Source: Candidatus Curtissbacteria bacterium
GTDB taxonomy: Bacteria; Patescibacteriota; Microgenomatia; Curtissbacterales; GWA2-41-24
Direction of reading: 5' to 3'
Assembly (NCBI GenBank): GCA_024654445.1
Contig: JANLHP010000013.1
Span: forward strand, 26,528-90,527
Length of the DNA stretch: 64,000 bases
The notes below the pieces were generated by a model, which did no database searches, was not told where the DNA came from, and saw only the letters and a program-made list of their open reading frames with translations. A program made the position numbers and the translations under genes. Of the stretch, positions 19,187-29,893 are shown piece by piece. The stretch's first letter is position 1; each line of letters starts with the position of its first letter.

Positions 19187-20680
19187 TTAAATCTTACAGA
19201 TAGTGAGAATCGGTTGGAGCCACTCGCGGCCATCTTTTTTAAGAATTTCTTCTGCTTCTTCGGCCCCCCATGTTCCAGGTTTATAAACGGTTAAAGGTAC
19301 TTCGTTTTTGCTCCATGCTTCCTCTATAGGATCTATGACTTTCCAACTTTCTTCTATTTCTTCCTGAGAAATAAATAGGCTTTGATTACCAAGTATTACG
19401 TCAAGCAGTAGTCTTTCGTATGCTTCTGGTTGCGGGGTATCGAATGAAGTTTTGTAGCAGAACTCCATAGCAACGGGTTCGAATTCGCTGGTAAGCCCTG
19501 GTTTTTTGGCGGTGAGCCTGATGCCGATGCCTTCATTGGGCTGGATTTGAATAGTAATCGTGTTAGGAATATTTGGATTTTCGAAACCTTCAAATATTTT
19601 GTGTTGACGATCTTTAAATTGAAGAATGATCGAGGTTACCTTTCCAGTTAATCTTTTTCCAGTTCTTAGGTAAAAAGGGACTCCTTGCCATCTTTCATTT
19701 TCTATAAATAACTTTGTCATAGCATATGATTCCGTTTTTGAGTTTGGTTCTATGTTTTCTTCTTCCAGATATCCTTCGTACTGTCCTCTTACTGTGGAAG
19801 TTTTGATTTCTTCGGGGGTTAATTTTTTAATGTTTTTAATTACCTCTAATTTTTTTTCTTTTATCGATTTGGACGATGAGTCTTCTGGCTCTTCCATTGC
19901 AATTAGCGCAAGAAGTTGAATAATGTGGTTTTGGATAATATCTCTTAATGCTCCTGTTTTATCGTAAAACGCACCACGTTTTTCGACGCCAATATTTTCT
20001 GCCGTCGTTATTTGGATGTGGTCTATGAACTTGTTGTTCCAAAGAGATTCAAACAGTTCATTTGCAAATCTGAAGGCGAAAATATTTTGGACAGTTTCCT
20101 TGCCAAGATAATGGTCTATTCTGTAGATTTGATCTTGGACAAAATATTTAGAAAGGACTTGCGCTATTTTTTGCGCAGATTTTAAATCTTGTCCGAAAGG
20201 TTTCTCGACAATTACAAGCGGCTTATTGTCGTTATGGTTTTGACACGCGAGGTGCAGACCATTTTTCCCTAAATTCTCGACCGCTTCTTCCAAGATGGTT
20301 GGAGAAATTGCCATGTAATAAATTCTTTTGACGCAGCCTGCAGCCTCTTTTTCAAATTCGCTGATGGCATTTGTTACTTCTGTTAGGTTTTTGTCTTCTG
20401 CAACATCCAAGGGGACATATTGGATCTTTTCAAAAAACGATGGGATTTTCTCTTTATCAACAGCGCTTAGTGATTCGTCAACAATGGCCCTGAAATTTTC
20501 GGAAGAATGTTCGGTTCTTGCTGCCGCTATTATTTTGAAAGCGGTTGGTAAAAGATTCGCCTTGTAAAGCTTAAAAAGAGCCGGAAAAATCCTCTTTCTT
20601 GCAAGGTCTCCAGTTGCGCCAAAGACTACAAATGTAGCTGGGGACTTTTTAATATTTTCGATCTCGGATGTGGTTGGCAT
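19187..20680 (-). CDS. zwf: glucose-6-phosphate 1-dehydrogenase
   Basis: N-terminal FVVFGATGDLARKRIFPAL and active-site region RIDHYLGKE. Confidence 0.9.
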   Translation of the reverse strand: MPTTSEIENIKKSPATFVVFGATGDLARKRIFPALFKLYKANLLPTAFKIIAAARTEHSSENFRAIVDESLSAVDKEKIPSFFEKIQYVPLDVAEDKNLTEVTNAISEFEKEAAGCVKRIYYMAISPTILEEAVENLGKNGLHLACQNHNDNKPLVIVEKPFGQDLKSAQKIAQVLSKYFVQDQIYRIDHYLGKETVQNIFAFRFANELFESLWNNKFIDHIQITTAENIGVEKRGAFYDKTGALRDIIQNHIIQLLALIAMEEPEDSSSKSIKEKKLEVIKNIKKLTPEEIKTSTVRGQYEGYLEEENIEPNSKTESYAMTKLFIENERWQGVPFYLRTGKRLTGKVTSIILQFKDRQHKIFEGFENPNIPNTITIQIQPNEGIGIRLTAKKPGLTSEFEPVAMEFCYKTSFDTPQPEAYERLLLDVILGNQSLFISQEEIEESWKVIDPIEEAWSKNEVPLTVYKPGTWGAEEAEEILKKDGREWLQPILTICKI

Positions 20681-20724
20681 TAACTCATTTTACAACACAA
20701 AGGTGATCGGGGGACGAGTGGCGT

Positions 20725-21270
20725 TTAATTAAACTTGATGTGTACGATTTGGAGGTGTTGTGAAGAACCGTCGTGGCCTGAAGGACTAAAAACCTCTACT
20801 GTTCCTGTAGACGTTGTTGAAGGTTCAAAAACTACTGATGCTTCGAACGGGCACGCGTCGTAGTCCATGCAAGCAGTGGCGCTTCCAAGACCTAGAATAT
20901 TGCCCTTTGCATCTTTTACTCTAATTTGTACATTCCCCTCGAAAACATTGGCCTGCCCTGATACCTTGACTGGCGAAGAAACTACTGATTTTGACAGGGG
21001 TAGATTAACTGTTATGCCGACATTTCTAACTTCTTGAGTGTCTGAGCCGGTTGCCGGTTGTGACGGTGGTGTTGTTCCCGCGATTGGAGTAGGAGAAACC
21101 ATATTGCCAAAGCCACCCGTGGGTGATGGAGTTGCGACTACTAGTGGTGTAGGTGTGGGACTTTTGGGCTTGTTAAGGACCCTGCTTCTGAAAAGTTGGA
21201 AAACGCCAATTGAAGCAAGGATAAGAATTGCTATTACTACTAACCCGACTTGGAAACTTCTTACATTCAT
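20725..21270 (-). CDS. secreted Thr/Pro-rich protein
   Basis: N-terminal TM/signal peptide and a TP-rich linker. Folded C-terminal domain containing cysteines. Confidence 0.5.
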   Translation of the reverse strand: MNVRSFQVGLVVIAILILASIGVFQLFRSRVLNKPKSPTPTPLVVATPSPTGGFGNMVSPTPIAGTTPPSQPATGSDTQEVRNVGITVNLPLSKSVVSSPVKVSGQANVFEGNVQIRVKDAKGNILGLGSATACMDYDACPFEASVVFEPSTTSTGTVEVFSPSGHDGSSQHLQIVHIKFN

Positions 21271-21338
21271 ATCAAATTAAAGGGGACAGAGGAGCAGTCG
21301 AGTGGCATTTTATACCAGGATGTTATCTAAAATCAAGA

Positions 21339-21695
21339 TTAGGCAGCTTTAACGGGGAACATTACGAAATGAATCAATGTGCTGATGAGCCAAAGAACAA
21401 CAGCGGCGAGCAGGGCTGGGAGCCACCCGTCGATTGCAAAACCTGGGACAACAAGAGAAACTCCATATATCAAAGCCGCATTAATAACGAAGGTGAAAAG
21501 CCCTAGAGTGACCATATTTATGGGTAGGGTTAAGACAACGAGAATGGGTTTTATGAAAGCGTTAACTACTCCGAGGGCTAAAGCTACGACTAAAGACGTA
21601 ACGAAGTTGTCGACATGAATCCCTGGAAGATAAGACGCAACGAGAAAAATTGCTAGTGCGGAAAGTAACCAACTTGCGAGAATGCTTACCATCAA
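21339..21695 (-). CDS. phage-holin-4-2 / DUF360 (YvlD-like) family membrane protein
   Basis: LPGIHVD ... IKPILVVLTLPINMVTLGLF ... VPGFAIDGW pattern. Four TM helices, 118 aa. Confidence 0.6.
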   Translation of the reverse strand: MMVSILASWLLSALAIFLVASYLPGIHVDNFVTSLVVALALGVVNAFIKPILVVLTLPINMVTLGLFTFVINAALIYGVSLVVPGFAIDGWLPALLAAVVLWLISTLIHFVMFPVKAA

Positions 21696-21768
21696 ATTTA
21701 GTATAGCACTCCATTAATTCCTTGCAAATATTGCGCCTTTTTTGCCGTAGGAGTAGAATTTTAAGTGC

Positions 21769-22125
21769 ATGAAAGCCGATTCCTCTTTGATTCGCACCCT
21801 CTATCTTTATGGTTTTTCTCTCGTCGGTCTTGTTCTAATTGTAATCGGGACGGTAAGGCTTATTGATTTGGGTCTTAAAACATACTTGTTTAAACAGGCG
21901 GATACTTTTGTTGCATATCCAGCATATCCTCCAGAAAAAGTGGGAGAAGATTCCAGGGAGATGACTGAAGAAGAAAGGGTAAAGCTTAAACGTGAACAGG
22001 AAGAGGCGGAAATTAAAAATGCTAAAAGCAGAAAACAGGCCACGGCATCAAGTTCGATTGCAATGATAATAGTTGGTGCTCCGCTTTTTGCGTATCACTG
22101 GCGCTTGGCCCGAAAAACTTTCTAA
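21769..22125 (+). CDS. small membrane protein
   Basis: Two TM segments flanking a charged loop. Confidence 0.45.
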   Translation: MKADSSLIRTLYLYGFSLVGLVLIVIGTVRLIDLGLKTYLFKQADTFVAYPAYPPEKVGEDSREMTEEERVKLKREQEEAEIKNAKSRKQATASSSIAMIIVGAPLFAYHWRLARKTF

Positions 22126-22138
22126 TTATTTTTCAACA

Positions 22139-22615
22139 ATGACAAGAGAAGGTCTTCCAAATGGTTCTGACTTAGCTGACGATCTGGACACTCTTTTTAG
22201 GGGTGGCGGAAAATTAGAAGAGTTTAAACAGACAGCTAGTGCTTCGGAGAATGGAGAATCATATCCTTTAGACCCGTTTATCGATAGTTTTCTGGACGGA
22301 CAGTTTCACCCCCTCCATTCTTTTATGAGTATTAGAGATGAAGTGGCAAGACTAATTGAGGCTCTTCCGCGATGGAAGGAGGAAAAGATGGCTCATTTAA
22401 TTAAGAGCGGAGATACTGAAAACGCTCAAAGAGTTGGGGATATTTCATATTCTTCGATTGAAGAAAGAGCTAATCGTCGCCGCGAATTACAAGCAAGACG
22501 TATGGGGGTGATTCCAGATAGGTCGAGTCGAGAGTACGAGAATTTGAGAAGAACGGCGGACTTTTACGACAAGGTCAGTGAAATTGCGAGGGGTGCAAGA
22601 GAAGAGAGCGCTTAG
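22139..22615 (+). CDS. hypothetical protein (start moved to ATG 22139 to avoid overlap)
   Basis: ORF with no recognisable motif. Confidence 0.45.
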   Translation: MTREGLPNGSDLADDLDTLFRGGGKLEEFKQTASASENGESYPLDPFIDSFLDGQFHPLHSFMSIRDEVARLIEALPRWKEEKMAHLIKSGDTENAQRVGDISYSSIEERANRRRELQARRMGVIPDRSSREYENLRRTADFYDKVSEIARGAREESA

Positions 22616-23113
22616 AGGTTCCCGCAAGCGACGTAAGTGTTAACTTCCTGTTGAGATTTGTGCACATTGATTGCCAGCGGTTTCTGGCTTTTTAGTTTCT
22701 CCATTGTTGTGTTGAGTACTGTATTCGATTCTCCGTCGACAACGTTTGCTAGGGAGTAAACAATTGCGCCTGGTGTGGGACAGGAGCCGCTATGAATGTG
22801 GGCGGGTTGGGGTGTTGTATCGGGCGGCACCAACCATGTTTATATTTACGACGACCTTGCCGTTTTCTTCATCCAGCGTTGCTATTCCTACTTCACCCGA
22901 GTTGTTTTGTTCGGCAAGTCTTACGATTTCTATGTCGACAACGCTGCTTTGCGCGTTATCTACCTGCTCTGAAGTTTTCTCGCCGAGATCTTCTGTTATT
23001 CCCATAAAGTTTCCTCGTGTGCCTGTCATGTAACCAATAATCAGAGCAAGGATAACAAATACTATCGTAACTAAACCGCTAACCGTTCTCATGTGAACAG
23101 TGTAATGTTTCAT
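22612..23113 (-). pseudogene. membrane-anchored CHRD-domain protein split by a +1 frameshift near 22815-22835
   Basis: ORF 22790-23113 gives a TM anchor plus ...GEVGIATLDEENGKVVVNINMVG. The overlapping ORF 22612-22833 continues with PAHIHSGSCPTPGAIVYSL. Together these reconstitute the CHRD-domain signature (aHIHxGxxGxxG). Confidence 0.5.
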
Positions 23114-23235
23114 TTATTTAATTCTTGTAAAATTTGAGTATTAAAATTGTAATGACGGTTGATTTTTGGCTCACTTTCGGGTATTTATTAATCACCCCAT
23201 TGTAGCAAGCACAATGGGGATCCCATAATCGCATT

Positions 23236-24552
23236 ATGATAAGTGGCGATGATCTTTTCAGTAATACAAATACAGAGAATGTTCCTTTGGCAGACAGGAT
23301 GAGACCTCAAAGCCTTAAGGAGTTCTTTGGGCAAGAACATTTGGTCGGAGAAGGAAAAATTCTTCATGAAGCATTAGGCGCGGATAAGTTATTTTCTGCC
23401 ATTTTTTGGGGTCCACCAGGAAGTGGAAAAACGACCCTTGCGCAAATAATTGCCAATGAAACAAATGCGGATTTTGTGAAGATTTCTGCCGTTGTTTCTA
23501 ACGTTAGTGAAATGAAGAAGATAATTGAAGCGGCGAAGGAAAGAAGTAACCTCTATTCCAAAAAGACAATTTTATTTATTGACGAAATTCACAGATTTAA
23601 TAAAGCCCAGCAGGATATTTTGCTTCCTCATGTAGAGGGCGGGACGGTAACTTTGATTGGGGCGACGACCGAAAACCCGTCGTTTGAAGTCATTGGGCCA
23701 CTGCTTTCTAGATCTCGCGTTCTGACCCTTCAGCCACTTACGGATGATCAAATAAAGAAAATTATTAACCTAGCACTCAAGGATGCTAAAAGAGGCCTTG
23801 GTAAAAAGAAGTTCAAGGTTGAAAAGGATGCTCTTAACACTCTTGCGCTTGCAGCAAATGGTGATGCACGATTTGCGCTGACGACTCTTGAAATTGCCGC
23901 TGATATTTCGAAGAGCGGTGTTATAAAGCTTGTGAATATTAAAGAAGCAATGCAGAGAAAGGTTGCTGCTTACGACAAAAAGGGTGATTACCATTACGAC
24001 ACAATTTCGGCTTTTATAAAAAGCATGAGAGCGGGCAAGACGGATGCTGCGATTCACTATTTGGCACGGATGATTGATGCGGGTGAAGACCCTATTTTTA
24101 TTGCGAGAAGGATGGTAATTTTCGCGAGTGAAGACATAGGTAATGCTCAACCGACGGCTTTGGTTCTTGCAACAAGTACGATGCAGGCGGTGCATATGAT
24201 CGGCATGCCGGAGGCTGCTTTGATTTTGGCTCAAACTGTTGCCTATCTTTCAGAAGCACCAAAGAGTATTTCTTCGACAGAGGCGATTTCTGCCGCTATT
24301 TCAGATGTACAAAAACTCGGGCTTGATCCAATTCCACTGCATTTGAGAAATGCTCCAACTAAACTTATGAAAGAGCTGGGATATGGCCGAGGTCATGTTA
24401 GGTATCCCTGGAGGGACGATGAAAACGCTGGAGGCAACGAATATATGCCGAAAAATTTAGTTGGTAAAAAATACTATATCAGCCCTCGCTCACGCTCGTC
24501 TGATGTAACTTCTCGCTCCGCTCACAGTTATAAAAATCTCCGAAAAGCTTAA
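23236..24552 (+). CDS. rarA: replication-associated recombination protein A (AAA+ ATPase)
   Basis: Walker A FWGPPGSGKTTLAQIIAN, Walker B ILFIDEIHRFNK, MgsA C-terminal domains. Confidence 0.9.
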   Translation: MISGDDLFSNTNTENVPLADRMRPQSLKEFFGQEHLVGEGKILHEALGADKLFSAIFWGPPGSGKTTLAQIIANETNADFVKISAVVSNVSEMKKIIEAAKERSNLYSKKTILFIDEIHRFNKAQQDILLPHVEGGTVTLIGATTENPSFEVIGPLLSRSRVLTLQPLTDDQIKKIINLALKDAKRGLGKKKFKVEKDALNTLALAANGDARFALTTLEIAADISKSGVIKLVNIKEAMQRKVAAYDKKGDYHYDTISAFIKSMRAGKTDAAIHYLARMIDAGEDPIFIARRMVIFASEDIGNAQPTALVLATSTMQAVHMIGMPEAALILAQTVAYLSEAPKSISSTEAISAAISDVQKLGLDPIPLHLRNAPTKLMKELGYGRGHVRYPWRDDENAGGNEYMPKNLVGKKYYISPRSRSSDVTSRSAHSYKNLRKA

Positions 24553-24556
24553 AGCC

Positions 24557-24850
24557 TCAATCAATCTGCAATCCAATTGAGTTTACCTTGGGAAGATATA
24601 ATTTTACTTGTTCTCTGAATTTATCAGCCAGATTCGAAGAATACCTTCCGTAACCGCTGCTTTCACTTTTACTACAAAGCCGATTTTCATATTCTTGAAC
24701 TATATCTAAGATTTTTTGTCCTTCGTCGTTGAATTGTTTTTGATATTTTTGAGGCTCGAGTGTGTAATGATCATGAGTATTTTTGAAGCTTTCAAAAGCC
24801 TTCTTGTGATCGTTTAGCATCAGTTCAAAATATTGTTTATATTTAGACAT
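24557..24850 (-). CDS. small hypothetical protein
   Basis: 97-aa ORF. Stop abuts the rarA stop. Confidence 0.35.
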   Translation of the reverse strand: MSKYKQYFELMLNDHKKAFESFKNTHDHYTLEPQKYQKQFNDEGQKILDIVQEYENRLCSKSESSGYGRYSSNLADKFREQVKLYLPKVNSIGLQID

Positions 24851-25090
24851 ATTGGATAAACTTCCTACGGCAATAGAGCCTTTAGTATGTCTTTAAAGTT
24901 TACAAGAGCGAGCAGAAAAAATCACCTTCTTTGCTGTTGGTATCTCGGAAGTATGTAATCGCTTTTCGCATTCATCCATGGTTAAGAGTCAGTGGTGTTC
25001 TGCGAGCGATTATAAATATACGGTACGTAGTACTAATATACTTCGCCGCCATCTTATATTTTTATAACCTCTTTGTGATATCTTTAAGTT

Positions 25091-25837
25091 ATGCTTCGAA
25101 CTGCCCCAAAAAAGTCGTCTTCAACTGTACCATTTTTATCTGATTCAGTTGAGGACATTTTAAAACTCGGAGAAAAAAATCAGTTTTCTAACTCACTATT
25201 TTCTCAACTTGTAAAACTTATTGCAACCGTCATAGTTTTAATATCCGTTCTTGTTATGTACGGATGGATTCTGAATGTGGAGCTTTTGAAAAGTTTTCTT
25301 CCGGACCGCGCGTTGATGAATTTTATAGTCGCAACCCTTTTTTTTGTGAGCGGGATCGAACTGTTTTTTATTACAAGATCTGTCCAGGGACATAAAGAAG
25401 TTTCGCAGGTAGTTTTTCCTGCAACAAGCATTTTTATTTTGCTAATTGCTTCAACGATTTTGACTGCTTCAGTTATAAAAATCCAAACGGGCATTGAAAC
25501 CTTGCTTCTTGATGATTCCCAAATTAGTGCGGATGTTACGGTTTCCAAGGTTCAAGAAGTTCCAAGTATGATCAGCTTTATAATTTTTGCGCTTGTTGGG
25601 ATTTTAACTTTAATGAATTTTAGGAGGTTGAATTTAGTCTATTTTTTTGCAGGCTTCCTTTTCTCTATTTTGGGGATTTTGGCAATTTTGGGACATTTAT
25701 TTAACGTAACCCTTCTTTATTATAATGCTCCCGGTATTAGTGCACCGATGTCTGTAAGTGTTGCGGTTATGTTCATTTTACTCGGGATGGGGTTAGTTCT
25801 TACTGCTTTGGAAAGTAAAAGAGCTACTTTGAGATGA
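25091..25837 (+). CDS. polytopic membrane protein (possible sensor partner of the downstream kinase)
   Basis: About 7 TM segments. ATGA overlap with the downstream histidine kinase. Confidence 0.55.
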   Translation: MLRTAPKKSSSTVPFLSDSVEDILKLGEKNQFSNSLFSQLVKLIATVIVLISVLVMYGWILNVELLKSFLPDRALMNFIVATLFFVSGIELFFITRSVQGHKEVSQVVFPATSIFILLIASTILTASVIKIQTGIETLLLDDSQISADVTVSKVQEVPSMISFIIFALVGILTLMNFRRLNLVYFFAGFLFSILGILAILGHLFNVTLLYYNAPGISAPMSVSVAVMFILLGMGLVLTALESKRATLR

Positions 25838-27723
25838 TAAAGCTAAATCTTCGGCTACTTTTGATTTTTCTTGAGATTGCAATAATTCCGGTTGCGCTTA
25901 TTAGCTATCTTGCGCTTTTTAATACTAAAAGCGCGATCACAACCCAGGTACTGAATCAACTCGACCAGCTTGCAGCTATAACGAAAAATAGGGTCAGGAG
26001 TGCAAATGTTCAAAACCTGGAACTCTTAAGTGATGTAATCAATAGTGCGAGTGGGGGGCGGCCCATTTCTGAGTTTAAATCTCTTATTGATCCTGAGAGT
26101 GACATAAGAAGTATTTCCATTACGGATGTTGGCGGAAAGGTTACGTCTTCAACGGATCCAGAGAAAGTTGGCCGCAATTTTGGCTCTGAAGAATTCTTTC
26201 TGAAAGCAAGAGTCAGTAGACGCGCTACAACGTTTTTGCAGGGCAAAAACAGAGAGCTTTTAATCGTTGTCTCTGGCCCAATCACCCGCGACGGAGAACT
26301 TATAGGGGTTGCGATTGTCGAAAAGAATGGTGCGAGTTTCTTGTCTATTTTTAATGAAAATGTTGGACTTGGTACGAGTGGGGAAATTCTCTTGGTGGCC
26401 AGAGACAGAAACGGGGGCTCCGTTTATATCACTCCCTCCAAATTTGACCAGCTAGGTCCTCTTTCTCGTAGTACGCCCAAGGATGACTTTAGCCAAGCCG
26501 CAACTCAAGCGCTTTTAGGACGCGAACAAACTTTCGACAGTAGTATTGATTACCGTCAGGAAAAAGTTCTCGCCTCCACTCGTTATATTGAGGAAGCAGA
26601 TTTGGGTGTGATTGCAAAAATTGACCAGAAGGAAGCGTATCTTTCGATTGCCAAGTTGAGTGGGCTTTTGACTATCGTCTCTCTAGTTTCGGTAAGCGTT
26701 ATTGCACTTATATCTCTTTCGGCGGCAACTTCTATTGTTGCCCCTATTAAAAAACTTATTAATATGACAAATAAAATTTCTGGTGGAGATTTTTCGCATC
26801 GTGCTGTTGTTGAATCGAGGGACGAAATAGGGCAGCTGGAACTTTCCTTTAATATTATGGCGATGAAACTAAAGCGGTCGTATGAGGGACTTGAGCAAAA
26901 AGTAAGAGAAAGAACGAAGGAGCTGGAGGTCAGCACAAGGAACCTCGAAATTGCAAACGCTAACCTTAAAAACTTGGACAAACTTAAAGACGAGTTTGTG
27001 TCCATAGCATCTCATGAACTCCGAACTCCGATGACGGCGATTAAGGGCATGGTTTCGATGATTGTTGACGGTGATTATGGAAAGGTCGAGAAAGGGCTCC
27101 ATGAACCACTTGCGGATATTGCTAATTCTACTGACAGGTTAATTGTCCTTGTTAACGAACTCTTGAATGTTTCAAGAATCGAGGCGGGGCGACTTAAATT
27201 TGAACTCAGCGACTTTGCAATCCAACCTGTTATTGGCGAAGTTGTTACGTCTCTGATCCCGCTTGCAAAAGGGAAAAATCTTTACCTGGATTTTAAGTAC
27301 GACGGACTTACGTTTGTGCAAGGAGATACCAATAAAATCAGGGAAGTTTTAAGTAACTTAATTGGCAACTCGCTTAAATTTACAGAACGTGGAGGCATAA
27401 CAATAAGCTTAGAGGAAGACGGAGATCTATTGAAGGTGTTTGTTCAGGATACCGGAATTGGTATTAGTTCTGAGGACCAGGTTAAATTATTCGGTAAATT
27501 TAAACAAATAAGTAGTTATCAGGTTGGAAGACCAGCGGGTAGCGGGCTGGGTCTTTATATTTCCAGAGAATTGACAAGAAAGATGGGTGGAGATCTTTGG
27601 ATTCAGAAATCGGAACCTCAACAAGGATCGACTTTTGTATTTTCGCTTCCGCTTGCAACTTCAGAACTTGCCAAAAGATTGAGAGAAGTCGTGAAACAAC
27701 AATCACAAGAAGTACAGCTTTAA
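25834..27723 (+). CDS. sensor histidine kinase (periplasmic sensor, HAMP, HisKA, HATPase)
   Basis: Two TM segments bracketing a sensor domain. H-box SHELRTPMTAIKG. G-boxes GSGLGLYISRE. Confidence 0.85.
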   Translation: MIKLNLRLLLIFLEIAIIPVALISYLALFNTKSAITTQVLNQLDQLAAITKNRVRSANVQNLELLSDVINSASGGRPISEFKSLIDPESDIRSISITDVGGKVTSSTDPEKVGRNFGSEEFFLKARVSRRATTFLQGKNRELLIVVSGPITRDGELIGVAIVEKNGASFLSIFNENVGLGTSGEILLVARDRNGGSVYITPSKFDQLGPLSRSTPKDDFSQAATQALLGREQTFDSSIDYRQEKVLASTRYIEEADLGVIAKIDQKEAYLSIAKLSGLLTIVSLVSVSVIALISLSAATSIVAPIKKLINMTNKISGGDFSHRAVVESRDEIGQLELSFNIMAMKLKRSYEGLEQKVRERTKELEVSTRNLEIANANLKNLDKLKDEFVSIASHELRTPMTAIKGMVSMIVDGDYGKVEKGLHEPLADIANSTDRLIVLVNELLNVSRIEAGRLKFELSDFAIQPVIGEVVTSLIPLAKGKNLYLDFKYDGLTFVQGDTNKIREVLSNLIGNSLKFTERGGITISLEEDGDLLKVFVQDTGIGISSEDQVKLFGKFKQISSYQVGRPAGSGLGLYISRELTRKMGGDLWIQKSEPQQGSTFVFSLPLATSELAKRLREVVKQQSQEVQL

Positions 27724-27774
27724 CCTTTGTGGATTTTCCCTGGTGAGCTTTTTTTGATATATAATATGTAACAA

Positions 27775-28149
27775 ATGGCAAAAGTACTGCTAGTAGAGGA
27801 CGATCAGTTCTTACAGAAAATGTATCAGAAAAAATTCCAGATTTCTGGATTTGAGGTAGAAATCGCAAAGGACGGGGAGGAAGGTCTTTCTAAAATGAAG
27901 GCCCTAAAGCCAGATATAGTGCTTATGGATATAATGATGCCGAAATTGAACGGAATCGACGCGACTGCGGCAGCAAAATCAGATGAGACGACGCGTAATA
28001 TTCCGATTATCATACTTACTAACTTATCAAGTACAGAGGACGCCCAAACTGCGGTCAAGAAAGGTGCGGTCGATTTTATGGTGAAGTCGAACTTTACTCC
28101 AGCCCAAGTTGTTGAAAAGGTCAAACAGGTTCTGGCGTCTGGCAAGTAA
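27775..28149 (+). CDS. single-domain response regulator (CheY-like receiver)
   Basis: Receiver motifs LVEDD, MDIMMP, K near the C-terminus. 124 aa. Confidence 0.85.
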   Translation: MAKVLLVEDDQFLQKMYQKKFQISGFEVEIAKDGEEGLSKMKALKPDIVLMDIMMPKLNGIDATAAAKSDETTRNIPIIILTNLSSTEDAQTAVKKGAVDFMVKSNFTPAQVVEKVKQVLASGK

Positions 28150-28219
28150 AGCTTTTTAACGCTCTCTTTTTAATGCTAAACTAGTTGTAGGCGGGATATT
28201 TTATTCTGCTTGGAATTAC

Positions 28220-29893
28220 GTGATTTCTGACAACGACCTATACCAACTTTTACTGAAGAATCAATACCTTTCCGAGGACGATTTGAAAAGGGTTGCTTCT
28301 TACGCAAAAGACAAAAGTGTCTCTCTCTATGATGCAATTGTCGAGAACGATTTGGTTTCTGATGAGAATTTAGGAAGTCTTGTCTCTGACTTTTTAAAAA
28401 TTCCCATGATTTCCCTTTCGAAAGTCGAAATTTCTCCTGAGGCTTTAAATATAGTTCCCGAAAACGTGGCAAGAGCTCAGAAAATGATAGCTTTTTCCGT
28501 GGAGGGGGATAGTGTAAAGATAGCAACTTCCAATCCTGACAATAGGGAAACTATAGATATGATCTCGCGAAAGGTCGGGAAAAAGGTTTATGTTTATCTG
28601 ACGACGGATCGGGACATTGCAAACGCGCTCAGTCTTTACAAAAAGGAACTGCAAAAAACATTTGACGAGATTTTGGTTGAACAGGTACAGGAAGCTGGAA
28701 GGTCGGCGAGTAAAGAGGCACCTGTCGCTAAGATTGTTGATACGTTAATTGAATACGCTTATGACAATAAGGCGTCTGATATTCACATCGAACCCGGTGA
28801 AGAAGATTCCTTGGTCCGTTTTAGAATCGACGGAGTATTGCACGATGTTTTAAAACTGCCCAATGATCTACACGATCAGGTTGTATCTCGGATTAAGGTT
28901 TTGTCGCGGCTCAGAACGGATGAGCATATGAGTGCTCAGGACGGCAAACTTTCGATGAAAGTTCACGAGGAAGAGCTCGATATTAGGGTTTCAATCGTGC
29001 CGATTGTTGAAGGAGAAAAGACAGTTCTTAGATTGCTAACATCCCACTTTAGGCAATTTGGGCTGGCTGATTTAGGGATGAACGACCGTGATCTCGCAAA
29101 AGTTAAAAATGGTTTTATGAAACCGTATGGGATGGTACTTTCGACGGGGCCAACGGGTTCGGGGAAAAGCACTTCGATGTACGCAATTTTAAAGATTTTA
29201 AATACGAGGGAAAAAAATATTGCGACCATAGAAGACCCTGTTGAGTATACGATAGACGGTTTAAATCAAATTCAGGTAAATGCAAAAACCAACCTGACTT
29301 TTGCAAACGGACTCCGTTCACTTCTGCGACAAGACCCCGACATTATATACGTGGGGGAAATAAGAGATGAAGAGACGGCCGACATTGCAATAAACAGTGC
29401 TATGACGGGGCATTTGGTTCTTTCTACGCTTCACACAAATGATGCCGCGACGGCTTTACCAAGGCTTATTGATATGCATATCGAACCTTTTTTAGTTGCC
29501 TCAACTGTAAACGTTATTATTGGTCAAAGGCTTATTCGTAAGATTTGCGAGAAATGCAAAACGTCGTTTACAAAAAAGCCGGAAGAGCTTACGAGCTTAA
29601 TAAGTATTGAGGAGGTTAAAAAGCATTTTGGTCAAAGTGGTGAGATAAGAATGTATCATGGGAAAGGATGTTCTATGTGCCACATGACAGGTTATAGGGG
29701 AAGAATAGGCATTTTTGAAGTTCTCGAAGTAAGTGCAGCTATACAGGAATTAATCAATCAGAAAGCTGACAGTGATGTTATCGTTAAACGTGCTGTGATT
29801 GAAGGTATGATAACAATGATCGAGGATGGTCTCGATAAGGTTCAGCAAGGAATTACGACAATTGAAGAAGTGCTGCGAGCCACAAAAGAGTAA
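28220..29893 (+). CDS. pilB: type IV pilus assembly ATPase (GspE/PilB family)
   Basis: Walker A GPTGSGKST, Asp/His boxes, C-terminal tetracysteine CEKC..CSMC. Confidence 0.9.
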   Translation: MISDNDLYQLLLKNQYLSEDDLKRVASYAKDKSVSLYDAIVENDLVSDENLGSLVSDFLKIPMISLSKVEISPEALNIVPENVARAQKMIAFSVEGDSVKIATSNPDNRETIDMISRKVGKKVYVYLTTDRDIANALSLYKKELQKTFDEILVEQVQEAGRSASKEAPVAKIVDTLIEYAYDNKASDIHIEPGEEDSLVRFRIDGVLHDVLKLPNDLHDQVVSRIKVLSRLRTDEHMSAQDGKLSMKVHEEELDIRVSIVPIVEGEKTVLRLLTSHFRQFGLADLGMNDRDLAKVKNGFMKPYGMVLSTGPTGSGKSTSMYAILKILNTREKNIATIEDPVEYTIDGLNQIQVNAKTNLTFANGLRSLLRQDPDIIYVGEIRDEETADIAINSAMTGHLVLSTLHTNDAATALPRLIDMHIEPFLVASTVNVIIGQRLIRKICEKCKTSFTKKPEELTSLISIEEVKKHFGQSGEIRMYHGKGCSMCHMTGYRGRIGIFEVLEVSAAIQELINQKADSDVIVKRAVIEGMITMIEDGLDKVQQGITTIEEVLRATKE

